NCBI GenBank assembly: GCA_035509415.1
Contig: DATJLQ010000001.1
Span: 101-64,100, forward strand
Length of the DNA: 64,000 bases
Direction: 5' to 3'
DNA from: Alphaproteobacteria bacterium
GTDB lineage: Bacteria > Pseudomonadota > Alphaproteobacteria > JACZXZ01
The notes under the pieces are model-generated. The model ran no database searches. It saw only the letters and a program-made list of their open reading frames with translations, and had not been told where the DNA came from. Every line of letters begins with the position of its first letter. Within the stretch, counting starts at the first letter, position 1. Position numbers and translations under genes: made by a program. Of this stretch, positions 19,197 to 28,300 are shown in pieces.

Positions 19197-20459
19197 ATGA
19201 CCATCTACGGCGGACCCGTTTTCGAGATGGCGCGCCAGCAATTCGTTGCCGTCGCCGACCATCTCGCCATTCCGGCCGACGAGCGCGACCGGCTCCTCTA
19301 TCCGAAGCGCGCGGTCGCGGTCGCGATCCCGATTCACGCCGACGACGGCTCGACGCGCGTGTTCGAAGGCTATCGCGTGCAGCACCACCTGACCCTCGGA
19401 CCGACCAAGGGCGGGACGCGCTTCGCGCCCACGCTCGACATCGGCGAGGTGGGGGCGCTCGCGATCTGGATGAGCTGGAAATGCGCGCTCGCGGGCCTGC
19501 CCTACGGCGGCGCCAAGGGCGGGGTCGCGTGCGACCCGTTGAAGCTCTCGCCGCGCGAGCTCGAGGCGGTGTCGCGCCGCTACATGCAGGAAATGATCCC
19601 CTTCGTCGGCCCGCACACCGACATCATGGCGCCGGACATGGGCACCAACGAGCAGGTCATGGCCTGGTTCATGGACACCTACTCCATGCATCACGGCCAC
19701 GCGATCACCGAGATCGTGACCGGGAAGCCGGTCTCGGTCGGCGGCACGGTCGGGCGGCGCGAGGCGACCGGGCGCGGCGTCGCCTATCTCGCCTCGCGCG
19801 CGCTCCAGAAGCTCAACCTGCGCTCGACCGACTGCACCGCGATCGTGCAGGGCTTCGGCAATGTCGGGAGCTACGCGGCCCTCATCCTCGCGCGCCAGCA
19901 CGGGCTCAAGATTCTCGGCGTGTCCGACCACACGGCCGCCTATTTCGACGCGCGCGGCCTGCCGCTCGACGACATCGAGCGCCACGTCGCGAAGAACCGC
20001 GTGCTCGCGGGCTGGTCCAAGGAGGCGCTCGCCGATCCCGCCGAGTTGCTTACGCGCGAATGCGACGTGCTGGTGCCGGCGGCGGTCGAGCAGGTGATTA
20101 CCGGCAAGAACGCCGGCCAGCTCAAATGCCGCGTGCTCGCCGAGGGAGCAAACGGACCCACCACACCCGAGGCGGACGCCGTCCTCGCCCAGCGCAACGA
20201 CGAGATCTTCGTCATCCCGGACATATTGTGCAATTCGGGCGGCGTGATCGTGTCCTATTTCGAATGGGTGCAGGATCTCCAACAGCTGTTCTGGACCGAG
20301 GTCGAGGTCAACAGCCGGCTCGAGCGTCTCCTCGAGATGGCGTTCCAGCAGGTGGTGAAGCGCGCGGCCGCCGAGCGGATCGCGAACCGCACCGCCGCGA
20401 TGTCGATCGGCGTCGAGAAGGTGTGGGCCGGGAAGCGCCTTCGGGGGCTGTTCCCGTGA
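19197..20459 (+). CDS. gdhA: Glu/Leu/Phe/Val-family glutamate dehydrogenase
   Basis: 420 aa with the catalytic Lys region KGGTRF and Rossmann motif GFGNVG. Confidence 0.92.
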   Translation: MTIYGGPVFEMARQQFVAVADHLAIPADERDRLLYPKRAVAVAIPIHADDGSTRVFEGYRVQHHLTLGPTKGGTRFAPTLDIGEVGALAIWMSWKCALAGLPYGGAKGGVACDPLKLSPRELEAVSRRYMQEMIPFVGPHTDIMAPDMGTNEQVMAWFMDTYSMHHGHAITEIVTGKPVSVGGTVGRREATGRGVAYLASRALQKLNLRSTDCTAIVQGFGNVGSYAALILARQHGLKILGVSDHTAAYFDARGLPLDDIERHVAKNRVLAGWSKEALADPAELLTRECDVLVPAAVEQVITGKNAGQLKCRVLAEGANGPTTPEADAVLAQRNDEIFVIPDILCNSGGVIVSYFEWVQDLQQLFWTEVEVNSRLERLLEMAFQQVVKRAAAERIANRTAAMSIGVEKVWAGKRLRGLFP

Positions 20460-21259
20460 GACGCGGCGCCGGGTTGCGCGCCGCTTTCGGCGCCGCGGCG
20501 GCGCTGGCGCTCGTCGCCGGCGCGGGCGCCGCGCGGGCGCAGGTGCGCACCTATTCCTTCCCCGAGACGCGCGTCGAGCAGCCGCGCGAGGAGAACGGCT
20601 GCGAGATCAAGCCCTACACCCAATGCATCAACGCCAATTTGCACGGCGTCGATTACTCGAACGCGAACCTGCAGCAGGCAAGCTTCCAGAACAGCAACCT
20701 GGAGCAAGCCAACCTGACCGGCGCCAACCTCGAGAGCGCCGATTTCCGCGGCGCGGACCTGACCGACGCCAATTTGACGCAGGCCGACCTCACCTTCGCG
20801 AGCTTCCAGGGCGCCAACCTCACCCACGCGAATTTCAACAGCGCCACGCTCGACTCGGCCAATTTCACCGGCGCCACCCTGTTCAAGACCGACTTCCGCT
20901 TCGCCCACATGCTGCGCGCGAAGCTCGCCGACCTCGATCTGCGCCAGACGCTGCTCTCGAACGTGAAGCTCGGCGCCGCCGATCTCGAGCGCGTCCGGCT
21001 CTCCGACGCGGACATCTCGTCGAGCTCGTTCGACCAGTCCGACTTCACGGACGCCGACCTGACGCGCGCCAACGCCAACGGCTCGAGCTTCCAGGGCGCC
21101 AATCTCTCGGGCGTCAAGCTGACCTCGGCCATCCTGACCGGCTGCGACTTCACCGGCGCGATCCTGGCCGGTGCCGATTTGACCAAGGCCAATCTCTCGG
21201 GCGCGACCTGGATCGACGGCCGCGTGTGCGCCGAGCAGTCGATCGGCACCTGCAAATAG
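20456..21259 (+). CDS. Secreted pentapeptide-repeat protein
   Basis: GTG start overlapping the gdhA stop (GTGA). Signal peptide (...ALALVAGAGAARA) followed by >30 consecutive A(D/N)LxX pentapeptide repeats. Confidence 0.7.
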   Translation: MRRGAGLRAAFGAAAALALVAGAGAARAQVRTYSFPETRVEQPREENGCEIKPYTQCINANLHGVDYSNANLQQASFQNSNLEQANLTGANLESADFRGADLTDANLTQADLTFASFQGANLTHANFNSATLDSANFTGATLFKTDFRFAHMLRAKLADLDLRQTLLSNVKLGAADLERVRLSDADISSSSFDQSDFTDADLTRANANGSSFQGANLSGVKLTSAILTGCDFTGAILAGADLTKANLSGATWIDGRVCAEQSIGTCK

Positions 21260-21323
21260 CCCCGCGGGCGCCGGACGCGACGGTCCGGTCCCGCCCAACA
21301 TCCGTTCCGGAAGGGAGGAGTCC

Positions 21324-22565
21324 ATGGAGCCGCATGCGCGCGGACTGACCGAGGAGCAGCGCCTGATGCGCGCGAGCTGCCGCGCCTTCGTCGACCAGGT
21401 GGTCACGCCCTTCATGCGCCGCGACTGGCAGCGCGAATGGCTCATGGATCCGGACGCGCGCCTGCCGCCCGAAATCCTCGAGGCGGCCGACAAGGTCGGC
21501 GTACGCACCCTCGGCGTGCCCGAGGCGTTCGGCGGCATCGAGCTCGAGCCCGCGACCGAGGTGCGGAGCTTCGCCGTGATCGCGGAGGAGATCGCGCGCG
21601 GCGATTCCGGCCTCGCCGACAAGCTGGTGCAGAACTGGAAGGTCGCGGTGCTGCTGCGGAACCTGGCGCCGCGCCATCTCCAGGAGCGCTGGTTCAAGCG
21701 CCTCGTGGCCGAGCCCGGGTTCCTCCTCGCCCATTGCCTCACCGAGCCGCGCGGGGCGTCGGACCGCTGGCTGCCCTACGACGTGCCCGAGGCCGCGATG
21801 CACACGCGCGCCGTCCTCGAGGGCGACGAATGGGTCATCAACGGACGGAAGCAGTTCATCAGCAACGGCTACGACGCGGGCCTGTTCGTCGTCTACGCCA
21901 ACACGAACCCGAAGACCGGCATGATGCGCGGCACCTCGAGCTTCGTGGTGCCGCGCGATACGCCGGGCCTCACGATCGCGCGTTGCAACGAGACCATCGG
22001 CTGCCGCTTCATGAACAACGGCGAGCTGGTGTTCGAGGATTGCCGCGTGCCGCGCGACCATCTCCTGGTCGAGGGCGAGGCGCTGGGGAAGGCCGCGGTC
22101 TATTTCCGGCCCGGGAAGATCATCCAGGCGGCGAAGAATCTCGGCGTCGGGGTGGCAGCGTTCGAGCGCACGGCGGACTACGTCCAGACCTACGTCCAGG
22201 GCGGGCGCATCCTGATCAAGCACCAGGCGGTCGCGTTGCGGCTCGCCGAGATGGCGACCAAGCTCGCGGCCGTGCGCGCCCTTCTCGGCGAGGCCGCGCG
22301 CGCGGTCGACGAGCAGGCGCCCGACGCCGACCAGCTCTGCAACATGGTGAAGCTGTTCGCGTCCGAGGAGGTGTTCAAGGTGAGCCAACACGCCATGGAG
22401 CTCCATGGCGGCAACGGGGCCATGCTCGATTTCGGCATCGAGAAGCTGATGCGCGACGCGTCCATCTTCCTCCACATGGACGCGACCACGGACATTTCGC
22501 GCTTCAAGATCGTGAAGGCGATGTTCCCCGCGACCGCGGGGAAATACGCAGGGCCGGAGGCGTGA
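21324..22565 (+). CDS. Acyl-CoA dehydrogenase family protein
   Basis: 413 aa with ACAD N-terminal, middle and C-terminal domain motifs. Confidence 0.9.
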   Translation: MEPHARGLTEEQRLMRASCRAFVDQVVTPFMRRDWQREWLMDPDARLPPEILEAADKVGVRTLGVPEAFGGIELEPATEVRSFAVIAEEIARGDSGLADKLVQNWKVAVLLRNLAPRHLQERWFKRLVAEPGFLLAHCLTEPRGASDRWLPYDVPEAAMHTRAVLEGDEWVINGRKQFISNGYDAGLFVVYANTNPKTGMMRGTSSFVVPRDTPGLTIARCNETIGCRFMNNGELVFEDCRVPRDHLLVEGEALGKAAVYFRPGKIIQAAKNLGVGVAAFERTADYVQTYVQGGRILIKHQAVALRLAEMATKLAAVRALLGEAARAVDEQAPDADQLCNMVKLFASEEVFKVSQHAMELHGGNGAMLDFGIEKLMRDASIFLHMDATTDISRFKIVKAMFPATAGKYAGPEA

Positions 22566-22571
22566 CGGCGC

Positions 22572-23372
22572 TCAGTCGCAGCGCGCGGCCATGCCGCCAT
22601 CGACCAGGATCTCGGCGCCGGTGACGAAGCGCGCCTCGTCGGACGCGAGATAGAGGGCGGCAAAGGCCGTGTCGCGCCCGTCGCCCATGAAGCCGAGCGG
22701 AATGCGCTTCAGGCGCTCGGCCAAGAGCGTCTCGACGTCGCCGCCGGTGCGCTCGCGCGCGAGACGCGCCTCGACCATGGGCGTATGGAGCTGGCCCGGA
22801 ATCACGCAATTCGCGCGGATGCGCTTCGGTGCGTACTGGACCGCGGTCACGCGCGTGAGCTGAAGCACGCCCGCCTTCGACGCCGCGTAGCCGACTTGGG
22901 GATTGCCCGAGAAGCGGATGCCCGAGGTCGAGGCGACGTTCACGATCGCCCCGCCGCCCGCATCGATCATCGCCGGGATGGCGTGCTTCGTCGCGAGGAA
23001 CACGCTCGTGAGGTTGAGCTCGAGCTGGGCGTGCCACGCGGCCTCGCTCAGCTCGGCGGCACCGCCGGGTGCGGAGCCGCCCACATTGTTGACCAATATG
23101 TCGACGCGGCCGAAACGCTCGCGGCAGGCCGCGACCATTTCTTCGACCGCGTCCGCATCCGTGAGGTCGGCCAGATGGCGCACGAGCGTGCCGCCCTCCG
23201 CCGCGACCAGCGAACCGGTCTCCTCCATGCGCCCGGCGTCGCGGTCGACCGCGAACACGGAGGCGCCCTCGCGCGCGAACAGCGCCGCGATCGCGCGCCC
23301 GTTGCCCCAGCCGGGCCCGACCGAGCCAGCACCGGTCACGATCGCAACCTTGCCTTGGAGCCGTCCGGCCAT
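22572..23372 (-). CDS. SDR-family oxidoreductase
   Basis: 266 aa with TGAGSGxG, the YxxxK catalytic motif and NNVG. Confidence 0.9.
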   Translation of the reverse strand: MAGRLQGKVAIVTGAGSVGPGWGNGRAIAALFAREGASVFAVDRDAGRMEETGSLVAAEGGTLVRHLADLTDADAVEEMVAACRERFGRVDILVNNVGGSAPGGAAELSEAAWHAQLELNLTSVFLATKHAIPAMIDAGGGAIVNVASTSGIRFSGNPQVGYAASKAGVLQLTRVTAVQYAPKRIRANCVIPGQLHTPMVEARLARERTGGDVETLLAERLKRIPLGFMGDGRDTAFAALYLASDEARFVTGAEILVDGGMAARCD

Positions 23373-23396
23373 GCCGTCCCTCTCTCGATGCGGGCT

Positions 23397-23945
23397 CTAG
23401 GGCTCGAGCTCGGTGGCAGCACCCTCGGGCAGCTTCACCTCGAAGACGTTGAGGGTCATCGAGACCAGCGTGTAATAGCCGAGAATGCCGACCAGCTCGA
23501 CCAGTCCCTGGTCGCCGAGAGCCGCCGCCGCGGCATCATAGAGTGCCTCGTCGACTTGGTGCCCCTCATGAAGCGATTTCGCGAAGCGATAGACGGTGCG
23601 CTCCTCGTCGGCCGCGAAGCGCGGCTCGCGGCGCGTGCGGATGGCCTCGACGATCGCGGGGTCGAGCCCGGCGGCGAGCGCCTCCTTCTTGTGCGCATGC
23701 CACTCGTAATGGGAGGTCCAATGGCGCGCGGTCACCAGGATCGCGAGCTCGGAAAGGCGTTTCGGCAGCGAGGTCTGGTAACGCGCGAACTCGCCGAGGC
23801 GCTCGGCGCGGCGCGCGAGCTCGGGCGAGGTGAGCCACAACGCCGTCGGCGCCGGCACGCGGCCGCGGCGTGCGGTAACGTCGTCATGCACCGCGCGTTG
23901 GGCGGTGCTCATGGTCTCGGGCTTGGGCGGGGTGAGACGCGGCAT
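23397..23945 (-). CDS. Carboxymuconolactone decarboxylase (CMD/AhpD-like) family protein
   Basis: About 182 aa from internal Met (MPRLTPPKPETMSTAQR...), CMD fold. Divergent from the PcaD-like hydrolase. Confidence 0.7.
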   Translation of the reverse strand: MPRLTPPKPETMSTAQRAVHDDVTARRGRVPAPTALWLTSPELARRAERLGEFARYQTSLPKRLSELAILVTARHWTSHYEWHAHKKEALAAGLDPAIVEAIRTRREPRFAADEERTVYRFAKSLHEGHQVDEALYDAAAAALGDQGLVELVGILGYYTLVSMTLNVFEVKLPEGAATELEP

Positions 23946-24092
23946 GGATCGCTCCTCGAGGCGGCGGTCCCGTCCTGTAGCGGCTTCCGCCGGGCGGCGC
24001 AACGGCCTCGCGTGGCCGGCCAGGCTCAGGCGATTGACAGGCGCTGTGCCCCCATGGCCTATACGGCGCATGAGGACGGGCGGGGCACGCGC

Positions 24093-24902
24093 ATGATGGT
24101 CGACGCCAATGGCAGCCGCTTCCATTGCCGCGTCGACGGGCCGGACCGCGTCGACGGGCCGGCGGGAGCGCCCTGGATCGCGTTCAGCAATTCGCTTGCG
24201 ACCGATCTTTCCATGTGGGACGACCAGGCGGCTTTTTTCGCGCGCCGTTACCGCGTGCTGCGTTACGACCAACGCGGCCACGGCTTGAGCGCAGCCCCCG
24301 AGGGCGATTACGATTTCGCGCTCCTGGTCGCGGACGCGCTCGCCCTTCTCGACGCGCACGGGATCGAGCGTTGCCATTTCGTCGGATTGTCCATGGGCGG
24401 CGTCACGGCCCTCGGCCTCGCCGAGCGGCATGGCGCGCGGCTTCTCTCGGTCGCGGTGTGCGACGCGAACGGCGCCTCGAGCCCCGAGGGTGCGCGTGCC
24501 TGGAGCGAGCGCTGCACCCTCGCGCGCGCCCAAGGTATCGAGGCGCTGGTCGAGCCGACGGTGAAGCGCTGGTTCCATCCCGATTATTACGCGCGCAATC
24601 CCGCGGGGCTCGAGAAGGTACGCGGGATGATCCGAACGACCCCGCTCGCGGGCTTTCTCGGCTGCGCCGCGGCGCTCTCGGATTACGACTACAAGACGGA
24701 TTTGGGCCGCATCCGCGTGCCGACGCTGTTTCTCGCAGGTGCCGAGGACGGTGCCGTGCCCCAAGGCATGCGCGCGATGGCGGCGTCCGTCCCGGGTGCG
24801 CGTTATGCCGAGGTCTCGCCCGCGGGCCATATCTCCAACATCGAGCAGCCCGAAGCCTTCACCGAGGCGCTCGGCGATTTCATCGCGAGCGTCGCGTCAT
24901 GA
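24093..24902 (+). CDS. Alpha/beta hydrolase, 3-oxoadipate enol-lactonase (PcaD)-like
   Basis: Internal Met-Met (MMVDANG...), PcaD signature AFSNSLATDLSMWD, nucleophile elbow GLSMGG. ATGA overlap with the downstream transaminase gene. Confidence 0.8.
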   Translation: MMVDANGSRFHCRVDGPDRVDGPAGAPWIAFSNSLATDLSMWDDQAAFFARRYRVLRYDQRGHGLSAAPEGDYDFALLVADALALLDAHGIERCHFVGLSMGGVTALGLAERHGARLLSVAVCDANGASSPEGARAWSERCTLARAQGIEALVEPTVKRWFHPDYYARNPAGLEKVRGMIRTTPLAGFLGCAAALSDYDYKTDLGRIRVPTLFLAGAEDGAVPQGMRAMAASVPGARYAEVSPAGHISNIEQPEAFTEALGDFIASVAS

Positions 24903-26221
24903 GCGCCGGGATCGAGCGGCCCAACGACCTCGCCGCCTATTGGATGCCGTTCACGGCCAACCGGCGCTTCAAGGCCGATCCCGTGATGCTGGTCGGAGCC
25001 GAGGGCATGTATTACCGCGCGGCCGACGGCCGCGAGATCCTCGACGGCTCGGCCGGGCTCTGGTGCGTGAACGCGGGCCATGGGCGGAAGGAAATCGTCG
25101 ACGCGGTGCATGGCGCGATGTCGACCCTCGATTACGCGCCCTCGTTCCAGGTCGGCCATCCCTTGGCCTTCACCGCCGCGAGCCGCCTCGCCGCGATCGC
25201 GCCCGCCGATTTGAGCCGCGTCTTCTTCACGAACTCCGGCTCGGAATCGGTCGATACCGCGCTCAAGATCGCCCTCGCCTATCACCGCGCGCGCGGCGAG
25301 GGGCAACGCACGCGCTTCGTCGGACGCGAGCGCGGCTATCACGGCGTCGGCTTCGGCGGCATTTCCGTGGGCGGCATTGCGGCGAACCGCAAGGCGTTCG
25401 GCACCCTCCTGCCCGGCATCGACCATCTGCCCCACACCCATTTGCCCGAGCAAAACGCCTTCGCGCGCGGCCAGCCCGCTTACGGCGCCGAGCTCGCCGA
25501 TGCGCTCGAGCGTATCGTGGCGTTGCACGATCCCTCGACCGTCGCGGCCGTGATCGTCGAGCCCGTCGCGGGCTCGACCGGCGTGCTCATCCCGCCCAAG
25601 GGCTATCTCGAGCGTCTGCGCGCGATCTGCGACAAGCACGGCATTCTCCTCATCTTCGACGAGGTGATCACCGGCTTCGGGCGTTTGGGCTCCGCCTTCG
25701 CCGCGACGCGCTTCGGCATCGCCCCCGACCTCATCGCCTGCGCCAAGGGCTTGACCAACGGCGCCATCCCCATGGGGGCCGTGCTGGTGCGCGAGCCGAT
25801 CCACGCTTCCCTCATGACCGGGCCCGAGGAGACGATCGAGCTCTTCCACGGCTACACCTATTCGGGCCATCCCGCGGCAGCGGCGGCGGCGATTGCGACC
25901 CTCGACATTTACGCCAAGGAAAAGCTGTTCGAGCGCGCGGCGTCGCTCGAGAAGACATGGGAAGACGCGGTCCACGGGCTCAAAGGCCTGCCGCACGTGA
26001 TCGACATCCGCAATCTCGGCCTCGTGGCGGGCATCGAGCTCGAGTCTGCCCCCGGAAAGCCGGGTGCGCGCGGCTATGCCGCGTTCCGGCAATGCTTCGA
26101 GCGCGGGCTGTTCCTGCGTTTCACCGGCGACATCCTCGCCCTCTCGCCGCCGCTCGTGATCTCGGCGGCCGAGATCGAGCGCATCTTCGCGATCGTCGCC
26201 CAGGTGTTGAAATCGCTCTAG
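24899..26221 (+). CDS. Class III (omega) aminotransferase, beta-alanine/omega-amino acid:pyruvate type
   Basis: 440 aa, PLP-dependent with catalytic Lys in ACAKGLTNG, and DEVITGFGR. Confidence 0.9.
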   Translation: MSAGIERPNDLAAYWMPFTANRRFKADPVMLVGAEGMYYRAADGREILDGSAGLWCVNAGHGRKEIVDAVHGAMSTLDYAPSFQVGHPLAFTAASRLAAIAPADLSRVFFTNSGSESVDTALKIALAYHRARGEGQRTRFVGRERGYHGVGFGGISVGGIAANRKAFGTLLPGIDHLPHTHLPEQNAFARGQPAYGAELADALERIVALHDPSTVAAVIVEPVAGSTGVLIPPKGYLERLRAICDKHGILLIFDEVITGFGRLGSAFAATRFGIAPDLIACAKGLTNGAIPMGAVLVREPIHASLMTGPEETIELFHGYTYSGHPAAAAAAIATLDIYAKEKLFERAASLEKTWEDAVHGLKGLPHVIDIRNLGLVAGIELESAPGKPGARGYAAFRQCFERGLFLRFTGDILALSPPLVISAAEIERIFAIVAQVLKSL

Positions 26222-26268
26222 GCTATGCGACCCAACGACGGACGCATCAACGCAAGGGAAGACGCGAC

Positions 26269-27237
26269 ATGGACGGCAAGATCGGGCTCGAGGAGCATTT
26301 CGCGACGGAGGAAACGATCGGCGATTCGGCGGGCTTCGTCGACGATGCGACCTGGGTCGATCTCAAGGCGCGTCTCCTCGATTTCCAGGAGAAGCGCGTC
26401 GCGATCATGGACCAGCTCGGCATCGAGCGCATGATCCTCTCACTCAACGCGCCCGCGATCCAGCGCATCGACGACGCCAAGAAGGCGGCCGAGGTCGCGC
26501 GTCGCGCCAACGACTTGCTCGCGCAGCAGATCGCGAAGCGGCCTCATCGATTCTCGGGCTTCGCGGCGCTTGCGATGCAGGACCCCGAGGGGGCCGCGCG
26601 CGAGCTCGAGCGCTCGGTCGAGCAATACGGCTTCAAGGGTGCCCTGGTGAACGGCTATTCCCAGCTCGGCAATCCCGAGAACTGCCTCTATTACGACGTG
26701 AAGAGCTACTGGCCGTTCTGGGCCGCGGTCGAGGAGATCGGCGTTCCCTTCTATCTCCATCCGCGCGAGCCGAGCCAGCGCCGCGCCTATGAGGGCCATC
26801 CCTGGCTGGTCGGTCCCGCCTACGGCTTCGCGGCCGAGACCGGGCTCCACGCGTTGCGCCTCATGGGCTCGGGCCTGTTCGACAAGTATCCGCGGCTCAC
26901 CATCATCCTCGGCCACATGGGCGAGAACCTGCCCTTCACGCTTCATCGCACCGATGGGCGCATCGCCTGGTCGCCCATGGGCTATCCGGCAAAGCACCCG
27001 ATCTCCCACTACTTCCGCAACAACTTCTACATCACCACCGCCGGCAATTTCCGTACCCAGTCTCTCGTCTCCTCGATGCTCGAGGTGGGTGCCGACCGCA
27101 TCCTGTTCTCGACCGACTATCCTTTCGAGCAGGCGGCGGAGGCGGCGCACTGGTTCGACGCCGCCTCGATCAGCGAGGCCGACCGGCTCAAGATCGGCCG
27201 CACCAATGCGCTGAAGCTGTTCAAGCTCGGCGCGTGA
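26269..27237 (+). CDS. Amidohydrolase-2 family non-oxidative decarboxylase (ACMSD / gamma-resorcylate decarboxylase-like)
   Basis: 322 aa MDGKIGLEEHFATEE...HPREP...HMGE...STDYPFE metal-ligand pattern of the ACMSD/RSD/LigW family. AAGGGAAG Shine-Dalgarno upstream. Confidence 0.85.
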   Translation: MDGKIGLEEHFATEETIGDSAGFVDDATWVDLKARLLDFQEKRVAIMDQLGIERMILSLNAPAIQRIDDAKKAAEVARRANDLLAQQIAKRPHRFSGFAALAMQDPEGAARELERSVEQYGFKGALVNGYSQLGNPENCLYYDVKSYWPFWAAVEEIGVPFYLHPREPSQRRAYEGHPWLVGPAYGFAAETGLHALRLMGSGLFDKYPRLTIILGHMGENLPFTLHRTDGRIAWSPMGYPAKHPISHYFRNNFYITTAGNFRTQSLVSSMLEVGADRILFSTDYPFEQAAEAAHWFDAASISEADRLKIGRTNALKLFKLGA

Positions 27238-27259
27238 CGCGCGGCGCGGGAGGACATCC

Positions 27260-28291
27260 ATGGAGCCCGTGAGATTGGCGCTCGCCGGGGCCGGGATCAT
27301 CGGCCGCGCCCATGCCGGCGTGATCGCGCGCGACCCCGGGGCGACGCTGGTCGCGATCGCGGATCCGGCACCCGCCGCCGCGGATTATGCGCGCGAGCTC
27401 GGGGTCGCCCATTTCGCCGACGTGGCGGACATGCTCGACGATGCCAAGCCCGAGGGCCTGGTGGTCGCGTCCCCCAATGCGCTTCACCTTCCCCACGCAC
27501 TCGCCGCGATCGAGCGCCGCATTCCGGCGCTCGTCGAGAAGCCGATCGCCGACACGCTCGAGGCGGCCGCGTCGCTGGTCGCGGCGTCGGATGCCGCGCG
27601 CGTCCCCGTCCTGGTCGGCCACCACCGGCGCCACAGCCCGACGATCGCCGCGGCGCGCGACGCGGTGCGCGCGGGGCGCATCGGGCGCGTGGTCTCGGTC
27701 GCAGCCCTCTGCCAGTACCTGAAGCCCGACGCCTATTTCGACATTGCCTGGCGCCGCGCCCCCGGCGGCGGGCCGGTCCTCATCAATCTCATCCACGACA
27801 TCGACAGCCTGCGCCACGTCGTGGGCGAGATCGCGAGCGTGCAGGCCGCGACCTCGAACGCGGTGCGCGGCTTTCCGGTCGAGGACACCGCCGCCCTCGT
27901 GCTGCGCTTCGCCGAGGGTGCCATCGGCACGGTCGCGATCACGGACGCGGCCGCCGCCCCCTGGAACTGGGAGCACGATTCGGGCGAGAATCCGTTCTAC
28001 CCGCATGTCGCGGAGAATTGCTATTACCTCGCGGGCACCGAGGGGGCGCTCGCGTTGCCGCGCCTCGACCTCTGGCGCTACGAAGGGGCGCGCGGCTGGA
28101 CCGAGCCCTTCGCCCGTTCGCGCCTCGAGATCGTGCGCGCCGATCCGCTCGTCGTGCAGATGCGCCATTTCTGCCGCGTCGCGCGCGGAGAAGAGGCGCC
28201 GCTCGTCTCGGCCGAGGACGCGGCGCGCACCCTTGCCGCGACGCTTGCGGCACGCCGCTCGGCCGAGACCGGCGCGCGCATCGATTTGTGA
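27260..28291 (+). CDS. Gfo/Idh/MocA-family NAD(P)-dependent oxidoreductase
   Basis: 343 aa with an N-terminal Rossmann LAGAGIIGRAH and C-terminal alpha/beta domain. Confidence 0.9.
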   Translation: MEPVRLALAGAGIIGRAHAGVIARDPGATLVAIADPAPAAADYARELGVAHFADVADMLDDAKPEGLVVASPNALHLPHALAAIERRIPALVEKPIADTLEAAASLVAASDAARVPVLVGHHRRHSPTIAAARDAVRAGRIGRVVSVAALCQYLKPDAYFDIAWRRAPGGGPVLINLIHDIDSLRHVVGEIASVQAATSNAVRGFPVEDTAALVLRFAEGAIGTVAITDAAAAPWNWEHDSGENPFYPHVAENCYYLAGTEGALALPRLDLWRYEGARGWTEPFARSRLEIVRADPLVVQMRHFCRVARGEEAPLVSAEDAARTLAATLAARRSAETGARIDL

Positions 28292-28300
28292 GAGCTGCCC

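Noticed and set aside
21260-21323. CCGGAC-gcgacg-GTCCGG hairpin after the pentapeptide-repeat gene, considered as a terminator
   Set aside because: No following T-tract, and the ACAD gene starts 40 nt later. More likely a modest secondary structure or attenuator, too weak to call.
22785-24092. N-terminal 436 codons of the 705-aa ORF 22785..24902
   Set aside because: Only the C-terminal about 269 aa (from Met-Met at 24093) resemble an alpha/beta hydrolase. The upstream part is antisense to the SDR and CMD genes.
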